DNA of 64,000 bases from Geosiphon pyriformis uo1 (lineage: Eukaryota; Fungi; Glomeromycota): contig JAAOMT010000697.1 of the NCBI GenBank assembly GCA_016748015.1, forward strand, positions 1,177,163 to 1,241,162, given 5' to 3'. Positions 13,694-26,929 of the stretch are shown one piece after another (the stretch's first letter is position 1; each line of letters begins with the position of its first letter). Under the pieces are notes generated by a model. That model worked only from the letters and a program-made list of their open reading frames with translations. It searched no databases and had not been told where the DNA came from. The position numbers and the translations under genes are program-made.

Positions 13694-16600
13694 GTTTAAT
13701 TTTATTGATTAAACAAAGATTATTTTATACCAAACAAATTTTTAATTATATATAATATTAATATCAATTTATTTAAATAAGTAGTTATTAATTTTTACTA
13801 TAAAAAATGTTTTAAGTATAAACAAAAAAAATATTATTTTTATCAAGCAAAAAGTCTAAAAACTAATATATTTTTTTTTTAAATATTTATACTATATTAT
13901 TTCTAAATTTAGCCAGTTTTTTCACTTTTATCAAAAAATTTTCAATAATATAATAAAATTAAAAATACTAACAAGTTTTTTTTATTATCAAAAAGTATTA
14001 TATTAAGTTTTTTAAATAAATTGCTTAATTAATATATGTTTAAAAGAATTGTATAGAAATTATTCTTATCAAGTGTAACATTAGCTTAGTTTATAAATAA
14101 GCTGTTAAATTTTTTGTTTATTTTATTTTTATGCTTAAAATTAATAAAAATATATTTATAGTCTTAAAATTATTCAAATTATAAATAATATTTAATAAAT
14201 AAATATTACGATAAATATAATTATATTAATAAAGTTTTTTCAGTTTAGTAAACAAATAATATATTATTATTTATATTATTTACTTATTTTTTGGTAAATA
14301 TTTAAGATTACATGTTTTCAATTTGATTATATATTTTTTTGGCTAATTTGCTTTAAAAATTAATCTTTTTAAAAGTTAAATAAGTTTATAATAACTTTTG
14401 ACAAGCTTGTTTATAAATTTTAATATATTAACATAATTATTGATTTTTTCAAAGCTATAAAGTTTACTTTCCAAAACAATTTTTTTGACATGGTTTTTAA
14501 AAAAGCAATTGTAAAATATTCAAGTTTTAGTAATTTATTGAAAAAGATTACTTTAGCAAAGAAAACATTTTTGGTAATTATAGTTTTAAAGATATAAACA
14601 ATATTAATATTTATCTTAATAGTTATATTAAACATTAAAATTATTTAAGTAAAGTTTTATAAACAGTAAAACTAATGTTTACTAAAACTATTAATTACAT
14701 AAAAACATATAATATTTTTTATTATAGCAAAACAAATTAAATATTAAATATTCCTAAAATATAATAGATTAAGCTTGCTAAAATTTGCTATAAGTTTTTT
14801 TTGCAGTTTTAAGATTATTTCATACAGTTTTTTTTTGTTTTTTTTATTAGTATATTTTTTAATATATTTGAAAAATCAAATCTATATTATATTGTTACTA
14901 AAGTGTTTTTTGAATTTTTTAAGAAACAAAATATAAAATTATTACAAGACATAGAAAAAAAACTAATAAACATTAAAAACAATACACAAAATAAAAACAT
15001 ACTTCTTAATTCTGTTACAGAAAAATTCGTTTTAAAAAATTAGAATTACTATAAAGTAATTTTATAAGATATATAATTAATCTATCTATAAGTCCAGCCA
15101 GTTATATTTTAGTTTTAATTTTGTTAAATTTTGTTTTAAAAAAAAACAAACTTGATTATAAATACTAATTTATTTTTTTAACTATTTTATCAAAATAAAA
15201 ATAGTTATAAAGTTATTAAAATTAGTTATTGTTAAAATAAAATAATATTATTAATTCTAAATAGATTAAATACAGTTAATATAAAAATTAAAATCATAAT
15301 TTTGCTAAGTCTGAATAATTAAGCATTAAAAACTTTTTCAAAAAAGATATATTAATAAAATCAAACAATTAGCCAACATAAATTGACAAAATATTAAATG
15401 GTTTAATAAAATTTGCATATATGAACTTAATCTTATTAGTTTTTATTGTTGAAAATATTTAAAATTAGAAGATTAATAATATTAATATATACAGTTTTTT
15501 TGGAAAATATTTATGTTTTACAAATAAAACAATATTTAAAAATATTAAAGTTACAAATATAATACATATAAATTAAAATCATTATTTAAAGTCATAAATT
15601 CTGTTTTTAATACTCAAATCAAATTATGAAATCATTATTTATTTATTTATTTTTTTTATTAATATTACTCTTTTATTATCATTTTTTTATTTTTTTTCTT
15701 AACTTTTTTTTCTCTTTTAATCTATTTTTTTTATTTTTCATAAACTTTTTAAGTTTTTCTATGTATTTTTTATACTTAGTTATAGTTATTTCTAATTAAT
15801 ATTTAATTTTGTTAATATTAATTACAATATTTTATATATTTATTATAATTTGGTAAAATATAGTTTAATATATGTTTAATTTATGTTAAATTTTTGATTT
15901 ATTAGTATAAATTTACTATTTAAATAACAAATTTACTTTTATTAAATTATAACAATAATTAGAGTTTTTTATTTTTGTATAATATAATTTTTATTTAATA
16001 ACTAAAAAACAAACATATATTATATCATTATTGATTACTATAGAACTATCTTTTCTTTTGATAAGATATACAATCAGATATTTTATAACAATATTATCTT
16101 ATATTATAATAATATATTATTTATAATATATAATTATAAAAATATATTAGCCTAAATATTTTAACTTATTATATTAATATATATAAAAAATTAATGTAAA
16201 TTTTTACAAAAAATTAAAAAAAACCTGACAACTTTAATTTTAATTCAAAATTTTTTGTACTTTTTATAATCAATACTATTATTTAGAAATTTTAAAATCT
16301 ATAATTCTATTATTGACTTGAAAATTGACATAGTTTTTTAATTTATATTACAAATTTCAAAAAAATTTTGCATAGTAAAACTAAAAAAATAAAAAAATTA
16401 AAGCATTATATAAGATACCAAAATAAAAATTATACAAAAAAAACATCAAAAAGTTATAAAATATAATTTATTTAGTTGTTTATTCCTTTTGATCTATTAT
16501 TTAAAATTACATAAACATATTTATAAATGTATTGAGTTTGAAACTGCAAACAAAAAATAAAAGTTAGAACTATTAATCATTTTCATAAAGCTCTAAATTC

Positions 16601-18000
16601 AAATATTTTTTTTATATTACTCTAAATAATTATTTAGTACTATATTAATTAACTAAAATATTAATAATAATTCATTATTATTTAGCCAATATTGTAATTG
16701 CTTCTGTTTAACAAAATAAAAAAAAAATATTTTAATAAATACTATTATTTTGTTTCAATAAAAAAAGCTAAATAATTTGCAAATTTATTTTTTATTTAAT
16801 CTGTAATTATTTTACAGAACAATAAAACCAAGATTTTTTTTGGTATTTTTATAGTTAAAAAAAATTTTAAATTATACAAAGTTTTAAAAGTTAGTTATAT
16901 TATTAAATTATAATTTTCTAATTAGCATATAATAAAAGTTGATTCTGTTAATTTATTTGCTAATAAATTTAAGTAATATAAATAATACTTTTTATAATAA
17001 TTAACTATCAATTTTTATTTATTCATAATATAAAGTTAATACAAGTTTTACTACTTTTATAAATAACTTAAATTTATTAATACAAGATATTTCCTTTAAT
17101 AAATATTAAAAATTAATAATTAAATCAAATTTATCTGGATTTTTTTAATTAATAAAAATTTAAATAAAAATTTCTATTATATAAAAAACATTTTTGAATA
17201 TTGTAAAATGTTTTATGCATTTAATTTTGATTATTTTTCAGTTAAAATATGTGCTTTTAATTAATCAACATATAATTTAATTAAGTATAATATAGCAATA
17301 CTTTTTTAAAAACTTGTTAAAATAATATTACCAATTAATAAAATAATTTTCATCTTAATTTTTAGAGTTAAGTAATTGATTCAAAGCTTGCAATAAAAAA
17401 TTTTTATTATATTAAAAAGACTGTTACTTTTTAAAAATAAGATTCTATTTTTAAAAAAGCAAGAATAATACAATATATTGATAAAAAATACCAAAAAATT
17501 TGTGTTTTAGCAATGATTAAAAAATTATACTAATATATATTAATATTTTTTTAACATTAAAAAATATAAAAACATTTTTTGTTGTTTATTTAAATAATAT
17601 AAAAAAACATCTATTTTTTTTAAAAAAATCAATATTTAAGATAACAAAAATAATTAATTAAACATAAACAACCTATTAATTTATTTAATAATTTTTTTGT
17701 TAATTTAAACAAGTATTAGTTTTATAAAATTATAAGATATTTTCAGAAAAAAAATAAAAAACAACCAAATTTTTTATGATCTAAGATTTTAAAAAGTTTT
17801 ATAATTAAGAAATAAAAAAAAATCTATAGTTTAATATATAAATTAAATTGCATTTTTATATTTTAATTAATTTATAAATTATATACTATTTAAAATCATA
17901 AGAATTTAATATTTTATATTCTAATTAGATAATAAAAGTTCAAAATTACATATTATATAAAATTATAGTTAATATTATTAAAATTAAACATATTTTTATT

Positions 18001-18020
18001 ATATATATATATATATATAT
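18001..18020. repeat. (AT)10 microsatellite
   Basis: Directly visible. Confidence 0.9.
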
Positions 18021-20571
18021 AATCTTACATTGATTTTAAACTTTTTAAATAATAATTTAATAATTAATAAAAATATAATCTAAATTGTTAAAACATTAAC
18101 AAATTTGCTTTTAATTATTATTTTATAAATATTATTATTAAAATTTTTTCTATTTTTTTTTATGTTATTAATATTATTAACTATTAGTTCTGTTATTTAA
18201 TAGAAGCTAGTAAATTTTTAATAAACTAATTTATTTTTAAAGTATCTCTCTATATTTTGAGCAATATACTATTGAATTTATAATAAAATAGTCAATTTTA
18301 TGCTAATTACTTTTATGTAATTACTTTATAGTAAAAGTTAATTTTTTTTTAAAAAATTTGTTTTTAAGCTATTTTAATAATATGTTAGTTAATTTGCTAT
18401 AAAATTTAACTTTTTTACAAAAATTTTAATTGTAGACTATTCAATAATATAAAAATAAGAAATTATAAACCAAAGAAAAAAAATAAAAAATGTGTATAAG
18501 AAAATTATTTCGAATTCAGATTTGAAAGTATTAATAATTACTAAAATTAATAGCTAATTAATTTTAAATATATTAGTTTAAGAATATGTATTTTTAAAAT
18601 AATAATAGTTAAAGATTTTTAGTTTTCAAGATAATTTTATTGAATAATTTGTAGTCAATAATATTAAATATAAGTTTAATTTCAAGAAAGATACATTTTT
18701 GCAAAGAAAAAAGTTTTTTTTTTATATGATTTGTTGTAACATTATTCTATATTCTGATATTTTTTTAATATTTTAATAAATTAATATATATTTTATCAAA
18801 TTACAAGTTATTTTTGTAAATTTATGAATTATTTTAGTAAACTGTTAAATATTTTGTCAAACTTTTAAGAAAAAAATTCCCAAAAAAATAAACTTTAAAC
18901 TTCTTTTTCTCTTACCTCCAAAAATCTTCAAAAAGTACATTTTCTGTATAAAGAAGTTTTTTTTGTTTTTTTTTTAGCCTATTTCAATATTTCTTTACCT
19001 AATAATAACCTATTTTTCGTGGATATGGAGGCTACTGCTAGTAGCACCACTTCTAAGAAAAAGACTCCTAAGGGCGCTTTTTATGGTCCTGTTGATGGTT
19101 TCTTTTCTTAGAAGAAGAAAGTTGTTCTTAGCAATATCAAACACTCTGATGATGAAAAAGATATATCCTTAAGCAAATCTGGATCTAGTGATAGTATTTA
19201 TTCTGATGTGGAAAGTCTATCTGGTGAGAATGAGGATGTTAGCATGTCTGGTGTAATTGGTGGGTCTTTTTTGGACTTGGCTGCTATTACACCCAAGACG
19301 AAGTAAGTCAATATTGGTATAGTTTTTGGTTCTCTACTCGGCTCTCCCAACTTTCATATGGATGATAATGAAGTTGTGCTCCTTTCTTGCTTACTTGTTT
19401 CTCTTGAAAAGAAGTGAATTGACCCAAAAATTATCAAAACTTCTGTGGAAGTGTTATTTAGAAAGTTATTTACTTTGAATATTAATCTCTCAGCTGTGGA
19501 AAGTAAATCAGTAACAGCAAAAACTCAGTTAATTAGAAAAATATTTTCAACAATTAATGGTTTTGGGGAGGCCACTACTCCCTCAAAATTTGAGGGAATC
19601 ATCTAATTAACATTTATTTCAGAAAAAAGCATAGAAATAGCCACATCATTGGCCAAAGAAAAAGGGATTGATGTAAACAGCAATCTTAAGAGACAAGAAA
19701 TAAGATCAGATCAGACTGTGGTGATTGAGGAAATTTCTATGGACACACCTAAAAATATAATTGTTGTCGCAGTATCCAAATTTGGAGAAATTAAGTCAAT
19801 TAAAATTCAACTGATTGGAATGTGGCAAAAAACTGTGATGGAATTTGCTGAATTAGACCAAGCTAATTTGTTAGCCTCTAAGTGATCATTCTTAATTGGT
19901 AAGGATTCTATGCATGTAGCCAAATCAGTAAGGGATCATGAAACTTGGGCATTAAGGGATCAGTTTAGAGCACTTTTGTTTATTTTGCCAGTAGGAACAA
20001 TGACACATGATCTTGGAACTCTTCTGGAAAGGGCTAGTGGAAAAACTTGTGTCATAAACAGATCTATGGAAACTGGTTATAGAATTTGTTGTGCTGTAGT
20101 TAGTTTTGAATCTGATGATGATCTGGAATCTGTTTTTTGCATAAAGCCGATTCTTGGTGATATTAAACTTTTTTGGACAAAGATAGATCTGGTTTAGTAT
20201 GAGAAATATGAGAAGTTTGGTCATTCTGTTCTAGAATGTGATGCATCTGTTGCATCTTTCTCTAAGCCTTTAAAAACATTTAAAAGAGTTGTGTTTGATG
20301 AATGTCGTCTTCAGTTGGCTAAGTTGTATAAGAAAAAAAGTGTTCCAATATCTCACCCTGCTGTTTTTGGTAGTAAATCTTGGGCCCAGGTGGTCTCACT
20401 TGTTGGTTCTTCTGATGGTTTTCACTTTGCTTCTGGTTTTGGTTCCCCTTTTTTCAGCATCTCAGGTTTAAATAATGGTTTCTTTTCTGTCTTGATTGAC
20501 AATTTGTCTTTAGATGCTCATTTGGTCTTTTTAGAGCAATCCTTAGAGCTACTAACAAACCAAGTTTTTAG

Positions 20572-21264
20572 TGATATGGTTGAAACTTATACTTCTTATT
20601 AATTATCACATGTATTAGCCACTGATGTTACATAAATTAGCCACCTTATTTTTAGAAAATGATTATTGACCTAATCAATGACCTGACTGTTGACTTGATC
20701 ATTAATCTAGTCATTGACTTAATCATTGACCACTTTTAATAGCTATATAAGTGATGAATCTTTCAGCTATAAAAAGACATGATCTATTGAACAGAAATAA
20801 ATAAATAAAATATCAACTTTCATCTCAATCACTCTTTTATTGCTAAATTTTTTTTTCCCTACCTTCAAGTATCTGAACATCTTAAAGATAAAAGATTACT
20901 TGTTGGCATTTATCTACCCTTTTTTCTGAAATATATAATTGCAGCATTTGAAGATTATTAAATAAAACATGACTGATGAGCATATCTGATACCTGATATT
21001 GAATTCTAAGAGCGCCAATGTGAGCCATAGAATTATATCAGGCATGATCATTTGTTAACAGTATAAACTATCCCTTTACTTTCAGATTCCTGGTTATTCT
21101 TTGAAAAGAATAGTGACTGAGATATTTTATGAAACTGATCTTGCACATTAAATCCATACTCATTCAATTCACTCTTTGAAGTTGAATTCCTTTTGATTAA
21201 TTCCATCACTCTACAATTCTGTTCTCCCTTGCTATTCGTTAACTTGTTACTCTAACCTATAACA
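20572..21264 (+). repeat. 5' LTR (693 bp)
   Basis: TG...CA termini; direct repeat of 27597-28277. Contains a 12-bp tandem array (ttgacctgatca-like), TATATAA at ~20744 and AATAAA at ~20797. Confidence 0.95.
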
Positions 21265-21270
21265 TAAAAG

Positions 21271-21286
21271 TGGTGCTTCCTGTAAG
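21271..21286 (+). promoter_or_regulatory. tRNA primer-binding site TGGTGCTTCCTGTAAG
   Basis: A TGG-initiated motif 6 nt after the LTR end, complementary to a tRNA ending ...GAAGCACCA. Isoacceptor not resolved (elongator Met, Thr or Ile types have such ends). Confidence 0.75.
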
Positions 21287-21316
21287 ATTGTCAAAATTCA
21301 CTTATTTTCTCATTGT

Positions 21317-22869
21317 ATGAGTGATTATTTATACTTGTCACAGCAATCAGAAGAACACTTTGCAGCACACAACAGAAATGACCTAAACTTTATTAAACTT
21401 AATTCTTTGCCTTTCTGCTTGATCTGCTTTTCCCTTGAAGAACAATTCAGTAGACAATTCCAAGACTTTTGGAACTGATTCTTGAATGAGCATTCAGCTG
21501 AAATCTACACAGCATATACAACCTATTACTTTGATCAAGCTTATTTTGAAGACAATTTTGAAGAAAAAAATAACAGCATCAATCAGCTTTTATACTTCAC
21601 AACTTTCATACAACAACCCCTAATTTCGAATATCTAAATCACCAAATTCACATTTGGATTGCTGTTTATTAATCAGCTATAACTTTCCTTGAAACAGAAG
21701 AAGAAAGCTATCAAACTGCTTCTATTTTTGATCTTTTCTCAAGCAATTCAGATCATTTCTCTCAAACAATAACTCCTGAACCAATGGCCTAAGATCCAAT
21801 ACAAGCAAATATTCTGGCTGCCTTTCAAGATATACAAACTGCTTTGGGGTAAAAAAACAACACCCCACTATCATTATTTAGAGCTGATGCACAAGATCCA
21901 ATTAAATAGTTGGATGACTTTGAAAAAGCTGCTACAGCTAACCAATACAATGATGAATACAAGTTTCAAATTGTTGGTGGCTACCTCCAAAGCTCTTCTG
22001 CTACCTGGTTCTCACAGGAAACTGATGCTAATGTCCATCAAAGAATTATTAGATGGATGCCAGCAAATGCTGAAGAAAACAACACCTCTTTCACAACCCA
22101 ATTTGAAAACAAGTTTAGAACTCCAATCTTGATATCCAAATGGCGCATGGAATTAAAAAGAAAAACTCAAGGCCCTGGTAAAGTTGTAACTGAATATGCT
22201 AAAGCAATCAGAAAGTTAATCAAGCATGTAGACTCTGAAAAAAATTAGACAGAAGAGCAAAAGATTCATTCTTTCACAAAAGAATTAAGAACTGATTTAT
22301 CTTATGCTCTTTGGTCTTTTTTGGCTTTAAAAAACAATCTTATAATGAACATGGTCATTGAATTTGCCCAACAAATTGAAGACAACCAAAGAATGCATTT
22401 GAAATCCACACTCTCAGTTTTTGCCCCTGTTCTTGTTATGGCTCCTGCTCCTCAAATGGCTGCTACCTCTTTTGCTGCCCAAACTCAAGATCTAAATGAA
22501 CAGTTAATAGATAGACTTACAGCAAATCTTGCCTGATTATTAGAACCCTTAGCCCAAGCAGTAAGAAAAAATCAACAATTACAAAGACCCAGATTTGAGT
22601 CACACTTTAATCAGCTCTAGCAACCTTCTTATCAAAAACAGCAAAATCATGTCCCATCTGTGTGCTATCACTGTAGACTAACTGGACATTTTTTCAGAGA
22701 TTACAACAATTCTTTATTGCCTTTCCCAGTTTTCAGAAACAATAACAACCAGAACAACAGAACCAACAACAACAATACTCCCAATCAAAGACCCAACTAT
22801 GCCAACATCAATTTTTTTGGAGAGGATTCCCTAGTTGAAGCCACAGTTTATCAGTCTTTAAACTGGTAG
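21317..22869 (+). pseudogene. gag: Gypsy gag (N-terminal extension, capsid-like domain, CCHC knuckle)
   Basis: ATG 21317; LFRADAQDPIK*LDDFEKAATANQY...GYLQSSSATWF...KTQGPGKVVTEYAK; CYHCRLTGHFFRDY knuckle at 22663-22704; TAG at 22867-22869. Several stops and one frameshift. Confidence 0.9.
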
Positions 22870-25550
22870 GTGCACCTCCAAAGGGTGAGAGTGCAAGCCA
22901 ACCAGAAGAAAACCCCTTTTTTGCTTTTAACTTAATTGATAATGACCATGACATGAATGAACTAGCAATTAATACTTCAGAATCAACCAGAAAGAAAAAA
23001 AAAAGTTAAGATTGATTTCATTCTGGATTCAAACAAACTATCCACATTAACTGTTAATAACAATGAGCCACCAAAAGCTAAAGTATTTAAGAATCCTCCA
23101 AAGTTAGAACCCTTAGAAATTGTACAAAAATCTGGTTCTTATTCCATTGTCAAAGATTTTATGGAAATCTCAGCACACATTATCTTTGGCCAGTTAATGA
23201 CCCATCCACAGTTCAAAAAAGATTTTCATAAATCCTTGATTCCAAAAAAAAAAACACCAAAAACCAATAAATGTCCTCATCAAGCTAGACTTGCTGACAA
23301 CAGCAATGTTACACCTTTGATTTGCAAAGCCCAAGTGGCTGGTTACTTCATTGATTTGATCCTAGACAGTAAATCATCTGTTAGTGTTATTGTCAAACAC
23401 TTTTTGGAAGCAATTGGAAGAAAAATTAATGAATCTTCCACCCGACTAATAACCAATATACATGGTAACAAGAAAAAAGGTTTGGGCATTGCCAAAGCTG
23501 TTCCTGTTCACATTAATAGAATCAGCATTGAAACTGACATGGAGGTTTTTGAAGCTAAAGAATACACTATAATTATCAGTAATGAGTGGTTTAAGAAAGC
23601 CAAAGCACTACTTGACTATAAGCTGTGTAAACTAATTATCAGATGTGATGAGAAGCCTATTGTGATTAAATGCTGCCATTGGACAACTCCCCTAGTATCC
23701 AAGCAAAACCAAGAAGAAGAACAATCAGAAAAATCAAATGATGAAGAGAGTAATGAAGAAAAAGAACAAGAAGAACAAGAAAAAACTGCTAAACTTGCTT
23801 ATACCATTTTTACCAGCAATGGCAAGCCACTGGACAATGTTAAAGCTGACAAAAAAAAATTATGGTAAATGGCAAGCTGATCTGCTGGCCCTACTATGAT
23901 ATCTTCAGAAAAACCTTTGACCAAAAGCCTAGCAAGAAAGCCAAGTACTATTATTGGTGGCATGGTCTTTGTGCCTGGTGCTGGTGCAACCAATCTTTGT
24001 ATACTCCAAGTAATAAATGCAAAACATGCCTAATCTATTACAAAGATTGAGAACCAATCAGTCTGATACCCAGAAAAGAATTGAAAGAAGTACAGAAGTC
24101 ATTTGAAAATAAACCACCTGAAATCTAATCACTAGTTGTAGAACAAAGAGAATCTTCCTCTGAAGAAAGAAAAATAGACATTAAAAATCTGTTGGCTAGA
24201 AATAGTCCAGTTATTTCAAAAGAAGGTGACACCTCTGGACAAACCTATGTGATACAACACACCATCACCACCAAAAAAACTTGCCTTATCTATTTGAAGC
24301 CTTATCAATCCAATTGATGTAATGATGAGTTTATCAAGAAAGAGATAAACCAGATGAAAAATCTTGGATTCATACAAGAAACCAAGAGTAAATGGGCTTT
24401 CCTAGTTGTAGTGATATCCAAGAAAAATAGAACCCTATGCTTCTGTGTTGACTACTGCCAATTAAATGCTATTACTATAAAAGACATGTACCCACTCTCC
24501 AAAATTGATGCAATGCTAGATAAATTCAATGGTGCTGCTTTCTTCTCAACCATTGATTTAATTACTAGATTCTGGCAAGTAGAGATGGATCCAGAAAGCA
24601 GAAAGAAAACTGCTTTCATCACCAAGTATGACACCTATGAATTCACAGTCATGCCTTTTGGTCTTATCAATACTCCTCTCACTTTTTAATGCCTAATGGA
24701 TAAAGTGTTTGAATCAGTAAAAGAAAACTTTGTTCTGATTTACTTGGACGACATAATAGTATATTCAAAAACCTGGGATGAACATCTTGAACATTTACAG
24801 AAAGTTTTTGACCTGCTCAGAAATGCTAACCTTAAGATCAACCCAATCAAATCTTTCTTTAGATGCCAATCAACCTAATTTTTTGGACATCTTGTTACAA
24901 AAGATGGAATCTTTTCTAACCCAGCTAAAGTTGAAAAAGTCCAGAACATTAGACAACTAATGAATGTTCCTCAACTATGCTCTTTTCTTGGTTTGGTCTC
25001 TTACTATCAAAAATTTGTCAAGGATTTCTCCAAAATTGCCTTTCCTCTCAATCAGCTACTCAAGAAAAATGTTAATTATCACTAAGGTACTTATTAACAA
25101 AAAGCTTTTGAATTTCTGAAGGAAAAACTTGTTACTGAACCAATTCTCAAACAACCTGATCTGGACCAACTTTTTATCCTCCACACTAATGCATCTGGCT
25201 ATAGACTTGGTGCTGTTTTTTCACAAAAAGATGAAAATGGCAGAGAACATGCTATAGTATATGTCAGTAGATCCCTTACACCAGCAGAAAAAAACTATTC
25301 AGTTACTGAACAAGAATGTTTAGCAGTAGTTTGGGCTACCAACTACTGGAATCAATATCTTTTTGGTGCAAAATTCTTAGTGGTAACAGATTATCAAGCC
25401 TTGGTTTGACTGCACAAGAAAAAGAAGTTGGAACACAAATGAATAACTCACTAGATACTCCACTTGGACGAATTTGACTATAATATTCAACACCACAAAG
25501 AAGCAAATTATCAAAACACCAATGCTCTATTTAAACTTACCATCCAGTGA
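22860..25550 (+). pseudogene. pol: Gypsy pol: aspartic protease, reverse transcriptase, RNase H
   Basis: PR LILDSKSSVSVI (DSG>DSK); RT CVDYCQLN, MPFGLINTP, IYLDDIIVYS; RH LHTNASGYRLGAVFSQ, NYSVTEQECLAVVWA, TDYQAL, NALFKL. Stops and homopolymer frameshifts throughout. Confidence 0.93.
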
Positions 25551-25615
25551 CAGTATAACCTCTCAAAACCAAACTAACTTAATTATTAGTAATTTTTTTA
25601 TAAACAAACATAATA

Positions 25616-26929
25616 ATAGACTTGAACAACTACTTTGTCTTAATGGAATTTTTGGGTAAAGGACAATATCTACCAGAATACACTTGACAGCAAAGAGAAC
25701 ATTTGTGCAAACAATCAAATTTCTATTTGATCCGCCAAAATCAATTATACAAAAGAAACAGAAAAGATCCTAACCACCTCCAGAGAGTTATTAGATTTGA
25801 AGAAAGAAAAATTGTAATCTATAACATGCACACTGATCCATTAGCTGGACACTTTGGAAAGACTAAAACAATTCAGAAAACTTTAGCTTGTTATTATTGG
25901 CCTATCTTGGAAAAAAACATTGCTGAGTATATCAAAACCTGTGATACTTGCCAAAGAAAAGGAAAACCCAATCACAAAGAAGATATCTATCCAATCTCTG
26001 TTGGTCAACCATTTGACAGAATTGGTATAGATGTTGTTGGATCTTTAACAATAACTCTTGATGGCAACAAATACATTATCACAGCTACTGACTATCTTAC
26101 AAAGTGGGTAGAAGCAAGAGCCACCCCAGATCAAACAGCAGTCTTTATTGCCAATTTTATTTATGAAGATATCATTTGTTGTCATGGCTGCCCAAAAAAA
26201 CTTTTATCTGATAAAGGAAGAGCTTTTCTCAGTACACTGGTTGAAAAACTTTGTAGAAAAATGGGAATATGTCACAAACTTTCCTTCTCTTATCATTTGC
26301 AAACAACTGGCCTAGTGAAACATTTTAATAGAACACTATATAAAACCTTAGCCAAAACCAGCAAAGAAACAAACTTATGGGACAAAGTACTGCCTTCAGC
26401 TTTGTTTGCTTATAGAACTGTAAATCATAACATAACAAGTTATAAACCTTTTTATCTGCTCTATAGGTGAATGACAACACTACCAATAAAAACTGACATT
26501 AAGACAATATCCTTTGAAGAAATCACAATAGGGAATTATAAAGACATTTTGCAAAGAAGACTTGGTACAATTCTTGACTTACTTGTAAAGACATGGATAA
26601 TTGTCTTTGAAAAGATAAAACAGTTCTAAAAAAAGTTTAAGAAAAAAAAAACTTATAAAACACTTTCTCTAAGTATTGGTGACTTAGTTTTGGAATATTG
26701 TTTAGACAGAGACAATGTCTATAGTAATAAATTCTCTAGCCGATGGAAAGGATCCTTTATAGTCAACAAAGTTTTAAACAATGGTTCTTATATTCTTCAA
26801 GATCAATCCAGAACAATCTTTAATGATCGTCCTGTTTATGGTATACGACTTAAAAAATATTATAAACGACCTAATTGGCTGCCTGTTGTGGTAATACCAA
26901 CTCAAATGATCAGCAAAAATCAAGTATAA
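25616..26929 (+). pseudogene. Gypsy integrase (HHCC, DDE, GPY/F-like); no chromodomain
   Basis: HTDPLAGHFG...CDTC; IGIDVVG; SDKGRAF; GLVKHFN (E>K); RWKGSFIV; ends at TAA 26929. Confidence 0.92.

Noticed and set aside
11470-13710. Candidate TSD for the half-LINE (ataaagtaaat / ataaaattaaac on the minus strand)
   Set aside because: Correctly placed but too degenerate and AT-rich to count as evidence.
13700-18000. AT-rich region with short ORFs such as 14420-14635
   Set aside because: Low-complexity K/I/F/N translations expected by chance. Likely decayed repeats, but not classifiable.
18980-18989. tatttcaata also occurs at 33431-33440 and looked like the LINE-A TSD
   Set aside because: It lies inside the 5' leader shared by other LINE copies. 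A better-placed degraded TSD flanks ~18901, so this is probably a chance AT-rich match.
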